Shown: one piece after another, positions 1 to 13,899 of the stretch
Layout of the letters: every line of letters begins with the position of its first letter
Numbering within the stretch: the stretch's first letter is position 1
Origin: Nageia nagi
Lineage: Eukaryota > Plantae > Pinophyta
Direction: 5' to 3'
NCBI GenBank assembly: GCA_050084985.1
Contig: JBITNC010000001.1
Location: 115,072,001 to 115,136,000 of the forward strand
Length of the DNA: 64,000 bases
Made by a program: the position numbers and the translations under genes
The notes under the pieces: generated by a model
What the model saw: only the letters and a program-made list of their open reading frames with translations
Database searches by the model: none
Told to the model about the DNA's origin: nothing

Positions 1-560
1 TGTAATACTTAGCCAAACATGCTTGTAATACATTGTAAAAACATGCTAGTAAGTTGGCAAAAAATGTGCTTGTAATACTTAACCAAACACAAAAGAAATA
101 TGTGGTTCCCAAGTGCTTCATTAGATCAAAGTTTAAGGGCATCCTTATTGTATCCATGAATTTCATATCCTCCAATCATAACAATCCATGATACTACCTA
201 TTTGGTGCTTGTAACAGAATGCAAGAATAAGGGAATTTGTGGAAATAATCCTTTTTTAGTTGAATCCTATATATGTTGCAACTTATGTCATACTTTCAAA
301 TATTTATGTTGGAGTAGGCAATTATGTTTCAAATATTTTCTCTTAAAATGGATGTATCTACTTAGTGCTTGTAAATTGAATATTGTGATAGCAATATTAT
401 AGAGTATATTTAAATCATTTAAGCATAATTGAAACTGTAGAGCATATTTGAATCATTTGGAATTTGAGCATAATTGAAATTAGAAAGCATATTTGAATCA
501 TTTGAGCATAATTGAAGCTATAGATCATATTTAAATCATTTGAATATAATAATATAATAA
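1..560. repeat. Subterminal-type repeats, inverted copy of the 7530-8720 repeats
   Basis: TGTAATACTTAGCCAAACA, GTGGTTCCCAAGTG and GAGCATAATTGAAA...CATATTTGAATCATTTG are reverse complements of motifs at ~7900, ~8645 and ~8110-8150. Confidence 0.75.
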
Positions 561-924
561 GATTCATTCATGCTATTAAAGTATTTATAACCATCATCCA
601 CTAGACTTTGCATGGCTACATGCAAGTAGAAGACACACAAAGGTTATGCTATTAGGGTTGGTTCCCAAGTGCTTCATCTATTAAATATTTTAAGGGAATC
701 CTTGATTCAACCTATCATTATGGTCCATGAAACTTTTTTTTGCATAGTCTGCACTACAAATAAGGTCAACAATGCATGCATAATGATTCATCTCAAGAAT
801 GATGCAATAGGACCTTATGTATTCTTCCACATTCTACATACATGTCTATTAGGGCATAGATCAAAATTAAATTTCACCTTGTTTATGATGTGGTTAGGTA
901 TAAGGATATTTTTTTTCAAACATC

Positions 925-3900
925 ATGGCAAAATCTTGGCTACAAACACCTAGAAATAGTGAGGACTATGTATATGGTGTTGAGGAATTCATTGATTTTG
1001 TAAGAAAGAATTCAAGTAACCCTAAAAGAATTAGATGTCCATGTTGTATATGCTAAAATATGGAAATTATTGGTTTTTAAAAGGTTTTTTAGCACCTATT
1101 TTTATATGGAATGGACAAGACATATAAAATATCTATTATTTTTTTGCATGGAGAAAAACTATCTATTATTAACGAATATGCATTAGACACATGCACTACC
1201 ATGGATGAGTGTCCAAATATGGAAGGTGTACAAGATGATATTATTGAAATATTCAATTTCAATTGCTTAAAGAGTGGAAAATAACTATGAGATAATGATG
1301 TCAAGTTCCAATTTTCTCTTGATGAATTCCACTCCTTGGTTGAAGATGCTGACAAACAACCATTATATCCAAGCTATACAAAGTTCACAAAATTATCGAC
1401 ATTAGCTAAATTATATTACCTCAAAGCAAAATATGGTTGGTAATACAAAATATTTGGTGAGTTATTAATGTTGCTAAAAGATATGCTCCTAATTTATAAT
1501 ACATTTCCAAAGTCCCCATATGTGGTGAAGAAATTGTTGAAGCCACTGGGATTAAATTATGTAATGATACATGCATGTAAAAATGACTGTATTTTATAGA
1601 AAGATTATGATAATATTCAAGCTTGCCCAAAATATGTTACTTATCATTGAAAAATTGACCCTTATTAAAAAATCAAACAAGATGTTAAGGTTCTTGTCAA
1701 GGTATTGAGGTATTTACCCATTGACCAGAGGTTGAAGAGAATGTATAGGTAAATATCTTTGTTTATACCACTAGCTTTATTGTATTTATTTCTTTCATCA
1801 ATGTTAGACGTTGCTAAAGTGAGCTTTTTTCTTCTTGTAACTCTGTAATGGTTTTTAAGAATATGAGATGGCATTCCTAGCATAAGAGTTTAGATGCAAA
1901 AATTCAACATCTAGTTGACTATCCAACATGGAAAATGATAGGTGTTAAGTGGTTGAATTTTATTGATGATCCACACAATGTACAATTGGCAATTGCAACC
2001 AATGGGTTCAATCCTTTTGTTGATTTTAGTATTGGTTACATTTTTAGGCCCATTGTGTTGGTCATGTACAACCTTCCACCATGGATGTCAATGAAGAGAA
2101 AATTATTCAATGCTTAGCTTGTTAATAACTAGCCCCAAGAAACTAGGTAAAGATTTTGATATTTTTCTACAATCATTGGTTGATTACTTGCACAAACTAT
2201 GGATTGAAGGAGTACAAACTTATGATGCATTTCAAAATACTACATTCAATATGAGAGCAAATATATTGATATGAGTAATTCATGATTTTCTTTCTTATGG
2301 AAATATGTTAAGTTGTATGATAAAGGGACTAGTAGGATGTCTAATATGTGGTGAAAACACTTGTTCAAAATATCTTAAATGCAGTAAAAGGATCATTTAC
2401 TTGGGCCATTGGAGATTCCTTCCTACATATCATCTATTTCATAGTCAAAAAATATCTTTCAATGGCCAAGAAGAGCATGGTAAACCACCAAAATGTTTAA
2501 CTGGGATTGAAATACAACAAAAAATAGATAGAATCCCATCAAATTAAGGAAAGAGGGAATAAAAGAAAAGAAACGAAGAAGAATGATCATAACGAGTCTC
2601 TTATAGTAGGATGGAAGAAGAAATCTATACTCTTCAATCTGTCATACTAGGAGGTATGAAATGCAATTTTAATTTTTTATTTGTTGTTATATCTATCAAT
2701 ATGAAGTAATTTTAGTTTGATATTTTTATTTTTGAACAAAATCTTGTACTTCGTCACAACTTGGATATGATGCATATGGAGAAGAATGTTTGCGAAATCC
2801 TTTTAGGGAAATTGTTATGTATTGAAGGAAAGTCAAACAATGATAGAAAGTCCCATGAGGATTTATTAAATATGAAGATTAGGAAACCATTGTGGTCATT
2901 AATTGATGAAAAATAAGACATATCTTCCAACAACACCCTACAATTTGTCTAAGAATGAGAAATAAAGTATTTGTCAAATATTTTACAATTTGAAATTACT
3001 TGATGGGTGTATTTTAAATATGAGCAAACACATATCTATGAAAGAACATAAGAACATCGATCTAAAATCACACAATTATCATATTCTCTTGCATCACCTT
3101 CTTTTGATAATACTACAACATGTGATTGAAAAGCCTGTACAACAAACCATTTGTAAGTTATGCATGTTTTATAGAGATATATGCACGAAAGTGGTGGATC
3201 TCATGAAAATGGAGAAATTATAGGAAGAGGTTGTGGATACATTATGTTTACTTGAAAATTACTCCCCCCTTTCATTTTTTGATATCATGGTGCACTTAAC
3301 AGTTCACTTGGTGCAAGATGTACTTCTATATGGACCTATGTAATATCAATATATGTACCATTTTGATAGGTTTGTATGTAATCATCAATTTCATAAACCA
3401 CCATTTTATAATTTTGTATAGTATCTCATTAAAACAAAAATATTTTTCTTTTTCAAAATTATGAAGATTGTTAAGGGTTATGTAAAGAATTGAGCTAGCT
3501 TGAAGGTTGTATTACATAATGATATATCTTTGAGAAATCTATTTCATTCTATACAGATTACATGACATGTTTAGAAGAAATTAATTGTAAAGAGGCAGGG
3601 AGTGATGAAGAAGAAGATACTATAGTCCATGGAAGGCCAACATCCACTAGCGAACTCTTTAATTTGGACCCATTTCTCTCAAGCAAACTTATCAACATGT
3701 TTTCCTTAACATGAATGAAGTTCAACCTTGGGTAGACTAGGTGTCTATTTGTTGTTATTATATAGTAGAATATTATTTAGATCCAACTATACTTGATAAA
3801 CTTTAGGCCAAATCAAGAAGCATGAGATGAGTATCAAGGAATCCAACCCTTGTGCAGTGAGAGATGAAACATGGTTATAAAAAAATCATATTAAAAAAAT

Positions 3901-4666
3901 TATCCCTTGAATACAAGATCAAGTTATTATACTCATATTAATTTTTGACATTCTTATGTATCAGCATGTAATGTTTGGTATTTTTATTCTAACTATTCTT
4001 CTTTGTTTTAGTTTTAGAGATGAAAATCAACATAATGGTGACGACTTTGACACAATAAAATGGGTGGCATGTGGTCCAAATCAAATTGCCACCAAATTTT
4101 AAGGCTATTTGATCAATAATTATAAAATTAATACCAAATATATAGATGAACAAAGAACAAATTAAAACAATGGCATGTGTGTCGATGCATTTTTCAAGTG
4201 CAGAGGAAGTGTAAAAGACACAAATATGGTGCTTGAAATAGTTACATATTATGGTGTTATTAGGAAAATAATTACGTTAAATTAGTATCAGTTTAAACAC
4301 ATTATATTCAAATATGATTTAATTAATGTTGTTGAAAAGGAGAATGTATGTAAAAATGATGAAATGGGCTTCAAAATGGTCAACATGAGCAGATTACAAT
4401 GTGGGGATAGACTAGAAGATGATCCATTTAGTCTAACATTATAATCCAAACAAGTATGTTATATACAATATTTAGAAGAATCCAATTAGTATATGGATCT
4501 CATATAACCTCCAAGAGGGATAAGAGACATTGAAGTGTATGAGGTAGATTATACTAGTATCCCTTGAGAAACAAATTTCATTGAACATAAAATTGCATAA
4601 GATGATAATGCAAATGATGGCAACATTCGATATTTGCATGGGGATATTGAGGGTACATATTTTTGA
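925..4666 (+). pseudogene. CACTA Tnp2/TnpD-like transposase pseudogene (transposase-associated, Transposase_21, DUF4218- and DUF4216-like segments) with introns, stops and frameshifts
   Basis: Fragments DPHNVQLAIATNGFNPF...YNLPPW (1935-2117), GCLICGE...YLGHWRFLP (2305-2547), LRHNLDMMHMEKNVCE (~2748-2795), LKSHNYHILLHHLL (~3060), SFFDIMVHLTVHLV (~3270), YYGVIRKII (~4245). Confidence 0.9.
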
Positions 4667-7453
4667 GCATGATCTTGTAGCTTGATTGGAAGTCTAATAC
4701 ATGTTATATATTTAAATACTAAAATTTAATATCCATATTTTGTAATATGTTTGAATGCATTGGCTATTGGTAATGCTACTATTGATTATATGTTTATTCT
4801 TTATTTTGCAATAAATGAATATGATGAAACTATAAATTTAGCACTTAATTTTAGACCATATGGTTTATTTAGATCATTTCTTGTCTTTATTTAAATAATT
4901 TCATATCACATGGTCTATTTAGATATTTCAGTGGTAGGTATGAATTTGTTGGAGGTTTTAAATAGCAAATTTGATGTTGTTATCGCTTCATGAGGTTTCA
5001 AAGATACTTAAATCATCTCATATCATTTTTTCATATCATATAGTGTACTTAGATCATATTTCTTAGCATGATCTTGTAGCTTGATTGGAAGTCTAATGCA
5101 TGTTATATATTTAAATACTAAAATTTAATATCCATATTTTGTAATATGTTTGAATGCATTGGCTATTGGTAATGCTACTATTGATTATATGTTTATTCTT
5201 TATTTTGCAATAAATGAATATGATGAAACTATAAATTTAGCACTTAATTTTAGACCATATGGTTTATTTAGATCATTTCTTGTCTTTATTTAAATAATTT
5301 TATATCACATGGTCTATTTAGATATTTCAGTGGTAGGTATGAATTTGTTGGAGGTTTTAAATAGCAAATTTGATGTTGTTATCGCTTCATGAGGTTTCAA
5401 AGATACTTAAATCATCTCATATCATTTTTTCATATCATATAGTGTACTTAGATCATATTTTTGAGCATGATCTTGTAGCTTGATTGGAAGTCTAATACAT
5501 GTTATATATTTAAATACTAAAATTTAATATCCATATTTTGTAATATGTTTGAATGCATTGGCTATTGGTAATGCTACTATTGATTATATGTTTATTCTTT
5601 ATTTTGCAATAAATGAATATAATGAAACTATAAATTTAGCACTTAATTTTAGACCATATGGTTTATTTAGATCATTTCTTGTCTTTATTTAAATAATTTC
5701 ATATCACATGGTCTATTTAGATATTTCAGTGGTAGGTATGAATTTGTTGGAGGTTTTAAATAGCAAATTTGATGTTGTTATCGCTTCATGAGGTTTCAAA
5801 GATACTTAAATCATCTCATATCATTTTTTCATATCATATAGTGTACTTAGATCATATTTCTTAGCATGATCTTGTAGCTTGATTGGAAGTCTAATACATG
5901 TTATATATTTAAATACTAAAATTTAATATCCATATTTTGTAATATGTTTGAATGCATTGGCTATTGGTAATGCTACTATTGATTATATGTTTATTCTTTA
6001 TTTTGCAATAAATGAATATGATGAAACTATAAATTTAGCACTTAATTTTAGACCATATGGTTTATTTAGATCATTTCTTGTCTTTATTTAAATAATTTCA
6101 TATCACATGGTCTATTTATATCTTTCAGTGGTAGGTATGAATTTGTTGGAGGTTTTAAATAGCAAATTTGATGTTGTTATCGCTTCATGAGGTTTCAAAG
6201 ATACTTAAATCATCTCATATCATTTTTTCATATCATATAGTGTACTTAGATCATATTTCTTAGCATGATCTTGTAGCTTGATTGGAAGTCTAATGCATGT
6301 TATATATTTAAATACTAAAATTTAATATCCATATTTTGTAATATGTTTGAATGCATTGGCTATTGGTAATGCTACTATTGATTATATGTTTATTCTTTAT
6401 TTTGCAATAAATGAATATGATGAAACTATAAATTTAGCACTTAATTTTAGACCATATGGTTTATTTAGATCATTTCTTGTCTTTATTTAAATAATTTCAT
6501 ATCACATGGTCTATTTAGATATTTCAGTGGTAGGTATGAATTTGTTGGAGGTTTTAAATAGCAAATTTGATGTTGTTATCGCTTCATGAGGTTTCAAAGA
6601 TACTTAAATCATCTCTTATCATTTTTTCATATCATATAGTGTACTTAGATCATATTTCTTAGCATGATCTTGTAGCTTGATTGGAAGTCTAATACATGTT
6701 ATATATTTAAATACTAAAATTTAATATCCATATTTTGTAATATGTTTGAATGCATTGGCTATTGGTAATGCTACTATTGATTATATGTTTATTCTTTATT
6801 TTGCAATAAATGAATATGATGAAACTATAAATTTAGCACTTAATTTTAGACCATATGGTTTATTTAGATCATTTCTTGTCTTTATTTAAATAATTTCATA
6901 TCACATGGTCTATTTAGATATTTCAGTGGTAGGTATGAATTTGTTGGAGGTTTTAAATAGCAAATTTGATGTTGTTATCGCTTCATGAGGTTTCAAAGAT
7001 ACTTAAATCATCTCATATCATTTTTTCATATCATATAGTGTACTTAGATCATATTTCTTAGCATGATCTTGTAGCTTGATTGGAAGTCTAATACATGTTA
7101 TATATTTAAATACTAAAATTTAATATCCATATTTTGTAATATGTTTGAATGCATTGGCTATTGGTAATGCTACTATTGATTATATGTTTATTCTTTATTT
7201 TGCAATAAATGAATATGATGAAACTATAAATTTAGCACTTAATTTTAGACCATATGGTTTATTTAGATCATTTCTTGTCTTTATTTAAATAATTTCATAT
7301 CACATGGTCTATTTAGATATTTCAGTGGTAGGTATGAATTTGTTGGAGGTTTTAAATAGCAAATTTGATGTTGTTATCGCTTCATGAGGTTTCAAAGATA
7401 CTTAAATCATCTCATATCATTTTTTCATATCATATAGTGTACTTAGATCATAT
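4656..7453. repeat. Tandem array of seven near-identical 399-bp units
   Basis: GATCTTGTAG anchor at 4671, 5070, 5469, 5868, 6267, 6666 and 7065 (period 399); only a few substitutions between units. Confidence 0.97.
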
Positions 7454-7529
7454 CATATCATATCATATAATTGAATCATTTTAGAATATAGTTGCATCAT
7501 TTAAGGAAATTCTCTACAATTTTAATTCT

Positions 7530-8720
7530 ACTCAAATGATTCAAATATGATCTACAGTATCAACATAAGATTTAGCACATGGAAATCACATTTTTTTCTA
7601 TGTTTGGTTAATTGTTACAAGCATATTTTTGCCAAATTACCAATTTTGGACTTGTACAGTTGCATCATTTTAGAACATAGGGTGGATGAGGCCAACTTAT
7701 CACTTTGCGTCTAATCGTACAAGCACAAAAAAAGATAATTTATCACTTTTTGACAAGTTTGTTACAAGAGTTCCATCAACTTTTTGATCCCATTTTTGGA
7801 CATGAAGATTATTCTCTATAGTTTTAGTTATGCTCAAAATATTCAAATATGGTCTACAATTTCAACATAAGATGCAACACTTAGGAACCACATTTTTCTA
7901 TGTTTGGCTAAGTATTACAAGCATGTTTTTACCAACTTGCCACTTATGGAATGGTACAATTTCATAATTTCATAACATAGTGTGGACAAGGCTAACTTAT
8001 CATATCTGTTCTAATTATATAAATATAAAAAAGATAGTTTATCACTTTTTGATAGGTTTCTTCCAACAATCACATCAACTTTTGGGTCCTATTTTTGGAC
8101 ATGAAGATTATGCTCTATATTTTCAATTATGCTCAAATGATTCAAATATGGTCTTACAGTTTCAACATAAGATGCAACACTTGGTAACCACATATTTTTT
8201 TGTGTTTTGGTAAGTATTACAAGCATGTTTTTGCCAACTTACTAGTTATGTATGTGTACAGTTGCATCATTTCAAAACATAGGGTGGATGAGACCAACTT
8301 TTGGTTACAGATTTCAACCTTGTTGTTGGACATGAAGATTATGCTTTATAGTTTCAATTATGCTCAAATGATTCAAATATGTTCTATAGTTTCAATATAA
8401 GATGCAAAACTTAGGAACCACATGCTTTTTTGTGTTTGGATAAGTATTATAAGCATGTTTTTACCAACTTACCACTTTTGGACTTGTATAGTTGCATCAT
8501 TTCAAATCATAGGATGGATGAGGCCAACTTATCATTTTTGGTTATGCTTTTGGACCCTGCTTTTGGACATGAAGATTATGCTCCATAGTTTTAATTATGC
8601 TAAAATGATTCAAATATCTATATTTTTAACATAAGATGCAACACTTGGGAACCACATGTTTTTTCCTATTTTTGGATATAAATATTACAAACATGTTTTT
8701 TCCAACTTAGCACTTTGCTT
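7530..8720. repeat. Diverged ~240-300-bp tandem units in the CACTA 3' region
   Basis: Recurrent TTCAACATAAGATGCAACACTTAGGAACCACAT at ~7560, 7860, 8160, 8390 and 8630. Confidence 0.8.
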
Positions 8721-8774
8721 CATTTCCTCTATTTAAAATAACTTCTTATTGCTATTTGCACTTGAACTTACTCA

Positions 8775-8945
8775 ATCATTTCATATTATATGTTGGTGTT
8801 TTTAGATCATTTTATATCATATGTTGGTGCATTTAGATTGTTTCATAGCATATGTTGGTGCATTTAGATAATTTCATAATCATATTTTGGTGCATTTAGA
8901 TCATTTCATATCATATGTTGGTGCATATTTTAGATAATTTCATAT
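8775..8945. repeat. ~31-bp minisatellite (TTTAGATCATTTCATATCATATGTTGGTGCA)
   Basis: About five consecutive copies visible. Confidence 0.8.
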
Positions 8946-9458
8946 CCAAGGATTGAAGCTTTATTAACATGGTGATTAGGCATTCTTTCAAGGGCTACTA
9001 ATTCTTAGACTAGGATGAGGAAGAATTTAATGGTGACTAGCCAGTTCCATCGGGCCATCCTTTTGGAGCCCATGGCCAACACTATGATTGAACATATGTT
9101 AAACCTCGAGTAACCAAAGATGGTGTAGTCTAGAAGAATTCTTCCATAAACTACACCTATTTTTTTAAAACAATAATGATTTGGTGGTGAATTCTAAGGT
9201 GGTAGAAATCACCTGCCTCATTAAACTATAAGGTGGTGGGTGTTTCCCTTCCACTTGAAGTATAAGATGGTGGGTATACACTATCATCCTAAATACCAAA
9301 GTACAATTTAAGAAGCTTTGGTAGCAAGAAAGTCAACTTTACACTAGTAGGTTTATCCTCTCGTCATAGAGTTGAGACTTTTAGTGATACCCTCATTGAT
9401 GGTAGATGGATTCCTGCCACTAAAGTTGTTTGGTGGGTTTTTTTTCCTAACACCCAAA

Positions 9459-9476
9459 GCCTTTTTTGGTTTAGTG
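9459..9476 (-). other. CACTA terminal inverted repeat (right end)
   Basis: Minus strand reads CACTAAACCAAAAAAGGC; preceded by short GGTGG/CCAC subterminal motifs. Confidence 0.65.
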
Positions 9477-10526
9477 AAAACAAATCGTTATATATGCTTA
9501 CAAGTGGAAATATTTTCTATTAAGTATAAGCTAATCAATCAAGTATAAGCTAATTATAACTTATATTTAACAATAAAATAATATTATTAACAAAATTAAG
9601 CATATTTATGGTAGTTATGTTATTGGTATAATCATTATCATAATGCAATGAATTAAACATGCTACTCAAATGCTTTATTAGTTTTAATGAGATATAAACC
9701 ATGAAATTTAGCTCCATCCATCATAATTCAAATTGGATTGATAATATATTGATAATTCTTATTAAGGTCTTTATCCTCATGGTGCTCATACCTTTTTAAA
9801 ACATTAATTTTAAAACTTCATGTTGGAAATACATTTGTCATAAAAGTCTTTTTTTGTTGATAATACTTTCAATATTTATTATATAGGTTGATTTAAATGT
9901 GAATATGAATTGATAAAAGTGGACTTTTAGTTATATGTTTTATTTTTTATGCATGATCTAAAAATGTCCAAATGATTCTTGGGCAACTTAACAATATTTA
10001 TAATTTTTATAAATTTTATTCTAGTTACAACTTTGAATATAAATTTAGATAAAATTTGTTACTTTTATGCTAATAATATATGATTAATAATTTTTTAAAA
10101 ATATTGTAAGTGCCCTTTTTTATACCTTAACTTTCTTACAAATTCTATTTAAGGATACCTTTATGATCTAGGTAACAATAATACACCTTTTATGTTAACA
10201 ATAACTTCACATTCTCATGTTCCAAATGTGTTAAAAGTTAGAGTCACAAAATCCTTTAAACTTTTCTTCAGACATTTTGAGTTTTTTACTCTATATGTTT
10301 CCTTTTTTCTTCATATACTTATGCTTACTTCAATAATTAATTTTTGATGTATATCTAAGTGGATCGTAACTTACATTTATATCCCATAGGCCTAAGACGA
10401 CTAAATCTCAAAGTTTCAACCACCTATCCTCAATAAGAGTAGAGCATCAACACTTTGTAGTACATCATCATGCATCACTCCCACCTTGAATTCTTCAAAC
10501 TCATGTTTATCAGCAAGGTTCCTTGT

Positions 10527-10900
10527 TAAAATGTTAGACTTGTTCTATGATATCACAAAATAAGGAATGCAATAAGTAATGAGGGCTTAAATCCAAAAAT
10601 GATAAGGGTTATTGAATAACACCAAACATAGTTTATATGAAATTTATATAAAAGTTTAAATTATGATTTAAATCATAATCCTTCCTCCCTTTATAGATGG
10701 AGTTCCATTGTTAACCAAGACACCTTAGCTAATACTCCTTGGAGATGTCACCACAAAGGATATAAAGGAGTAAAATGTTATTTATTTAAGAAATATACAT
10801 CATAAACAAAATTTACCTAATTAATTAATTTAGATACATAAAATATAATTTTTAATTAACTAAAAATCAAATTCAGGTGTTAACAGATGCCCCCCTTTGA
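10527..10900 (-). mobile_element. Degenerate LTR retrotransposon remnant (3' LTR plus PPT)
   Basis: Minus strand reads AAAGGGGGGCATC then TGTTAACACC at 10885 (PPT/LTR junction); minus-strand CTATAAAGGG at ~10690. Left boundary uncertain. Confidence 0.4.
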
Positions 10901-13312
10901 ATATGTTTTAAGGGATCAAGACATAATTCAAAGGAAACCTTGAAATTTGAAATAACAAGACTTCCCTATTCATGATGGTGGCTTGGGAATTCTCATTTTT
11001 TCAATACTTAATTTTTCTTCATTGGATTAGTTCATTATTGTATACCACTACTTCATATCTTGCTCCCCATTTTTCTTGGTGGTTGCATTGAAGACCCAAC
11101 TAGAATGGTAGGAACCAAGATAAAGAAGAGAATCTATAATAATATAAAAAAGGACTACACATACACATAAGGCATTATATTGCCCATGGTTAAGTTCATT
11201 AAAATATCATATAAATCATATTTATTAAAGCAAATATAAAATAAATATAATATAATATATCTCATAAATCATCAATAAACTTATTAAATCTCAAAAATTG
11301 GAAAATTAAACTTGCATGTCATCAATATTTTAAAGAATTATCATCTTATTAACTTCTTAAATCTTGATATACCTCCATAAATGAAATGATAGAATTGGTT
11401 ATTTAATGCCTTAAAAACCAAAAGGGGTTACCTCTTAAGAAATACCTTCGTATAAAACTCAACACACCTCAATCATTGAATGTGTTAGAATAGGGCACTA
11501 TTTTACTACTAGTACCAAACATGATGCCTCCAAAGTGAGATATTATAAAAACTTAGTAAACCTATATTATTGGAAGTTTTAGAATTGAGTACTATTTTTC
11601 ACTAAATACTAAATAGGATGTTTGAAAGTGCTAGAACTAGACACTTGATGTCCTAAGTATATAAAGGGATAACTTCAAATTCCAAAAATAAGGTACAAGA
11701 ATATATACTTGCACTTATCTTTGGTAATGAACCTTTGTATACTAAAAATTGTATAGAAATAAAAAATAAATATTGAATTGATGTACATGAAAATTTCAAT
11801 GATAATCCCTTAAAATATAAGCTTAAAAATATCTCTAAAGCAATATGCTAACATACCTCCTTTGAGCTACTTTTCTTTAGAAATTTCAATTGAAGAATAG
11901 ATGAAGCACTTTGCATATTTGGAAGACCTTATCTTGTTCCTTATTATTCTAAACATGCATTAGATGTTAGCTCAAACAAGATCTTAAATATTACACATAA
12001 CTTATGCTTTCCTTAATTTGAATGATGTAAGATTATGGTAAAGGTATGCTTAAAAATTTAAAGTTCATTTCAAAACATGAGAATAATGAAAAGAGACCTA
12101 AATGCAACTAACTAAGATAGGGGGACCTCCAATTTAGGCCCCTTTAGGAACCTAAATGAGCTTGGAGTGAGTTATCTCACTCTCAAAGGCAATGTGAGTC
12201 CCCTAGCCTCCAATCAATGATGACAACGAAATTAGTGATGCCTATTGTGTAAAGTGTGTATGCCTATATATGCTCTTTAAACAATTTGAATAATGTAATT
12301 TAAATAATCTAAGTTGATCTTGTGCAAGTATTTATGAAATCTAAGAACAATTATGTTTCAAACCCTAAGAGTGCTTCAAATCCTAAGAATGTTAAATATC
12401 CTTGGATTTCTAAGATCCAAAGATACCCATAAGGATAAATAGGTGTTTAAACCATAAACTAATGCATGCATGGAAAAACAATTTAAATTCAATGGATTTA
12501 GCATAGAAAATATACTAAATGAACATAATATTTAGTGGATGATACAAGTGTTGAGAATCCAAAGCCTTTCCATGGTGAGAGTGACTTCAAACCTACAAAA
12601 ACTTTGAGCATACAACAATATATACAATATAATATGAAATTCACCATGAGAATATTACCACAATGGCTGCAACATGAAGATTACGAGCTTGGTGTGGTAT
12701 GAAATCATTCAAAAGCTTGGAACCCTTGAGTAATCTTGGAGCAAATTTGAGAGCATAAATCATAGGTGAGCAATAGCAATAATGAATTAGAGAGAGGAAA
12801 TTCTAATTTTGCATAGTGTTATATACCTCTTTTAAAACTTAAGTCTAATATGTCTAGATACCCACTTTTGCACTTTATTTAACTTTTAATTCATTTTAGC
12901 TCCTTTTGAAATATTTTATCTCTTTAGAATATTTGCTTTTTGATCATTATTAAGCATATAAATGCAATTAACTCTCTTTATTCAAAAGTGTTAATTTTTG
13001 GTGTCTAAATTTTGCCCCTGTTGGATTAAGTCTTTTGCTAAAATAGATTTAGTTAAATATATGCAGATAAATATGTGTTTATTATGCAATAATTTTGGAT
13101 ATTTGTAATAATATAAAATTTTAAAAATTTGAACAAATATGAATAGGAATTCGAATGTGCTTTTCGATAATTCGAATCGTAAACAATGTGTTCATGGAGT
13201 AAAAAATTGTAAAATTTGAATACATATGAATAGAAATTTGAATGTACTTTTTGATAATTTGAACCCTAAATAATATGTTCGTAACCATTTTTGAATCTTC
13301 TTAAAAAGAGTA

Positions 13313-13735
13313 AAATTTGAACCAACTTATATAGTATTTGGTAGCCGCCAAACCTATGCAAAGTTATTCGTGACATGTTTCAAAAAAGTGTAAAATTTAA
13401 ACAAACATATATAGTATTTTATGCCCACCAAACCTATACAAAGTTGTTCATGATGTAGAAATTTGAACCACTTATATAGTATTTGATGATTTCTTACATC
13501 AAACCTATGCAAAGCATTTGTGATAGTGAAACTCTGAACCACTTATATAGTATTTGGTAATTGTATACATCAAACCTATGTAAAGCATTCATGAATTTGA
13601 AACTTTTATCTACTTATATAGTATTTGATGATTGTATACATCAAACCTATACAAAGAATTTGTGAATTTGAAACTTTGAACCACTTATATAGTATTTGAT
13701 GATTGTATACATCAAACCTATGCAAGATGTTCATG
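13313..13735. repeat. ~70-bp minisatellite, 6 copies, with internal inverted repeat
   Basis: Unit AAACTTTGAACCACTTATATAGTA-TTTGATG-ATTGTATA-CATCAAA-CCTATGCAAAG. Confidence 0.85.
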
Positions 13736-13899
13736 AAGGAGTAAGCATGTAGACTTACTAGCAAGAATGTAGTCTTGCTAAATAAACTTGAAATTATAAC
13801 TTTTGCATTTTGAAAAATCAAAGTATTGTTGCATTTGAAATTTTTGAAATCTTCCATTTGAACTTTGAAATTTTGAAAAAAATGAAATTTTTTCACTAT

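Larger units (their letters stand above)
1..9476 (+). mobile_element. Decayed CACTA/EnSpm DNA transposon (left end outside window)
   Basis: Tnp2-like transposase remnants. Repeats at 1-560 are inverted relative to 7530-8720. The right end GCCTTTTTTGGTTTAGTG is the reverse complement of CACTAAACCAAAAAAGGC. Confidence 0.8.
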
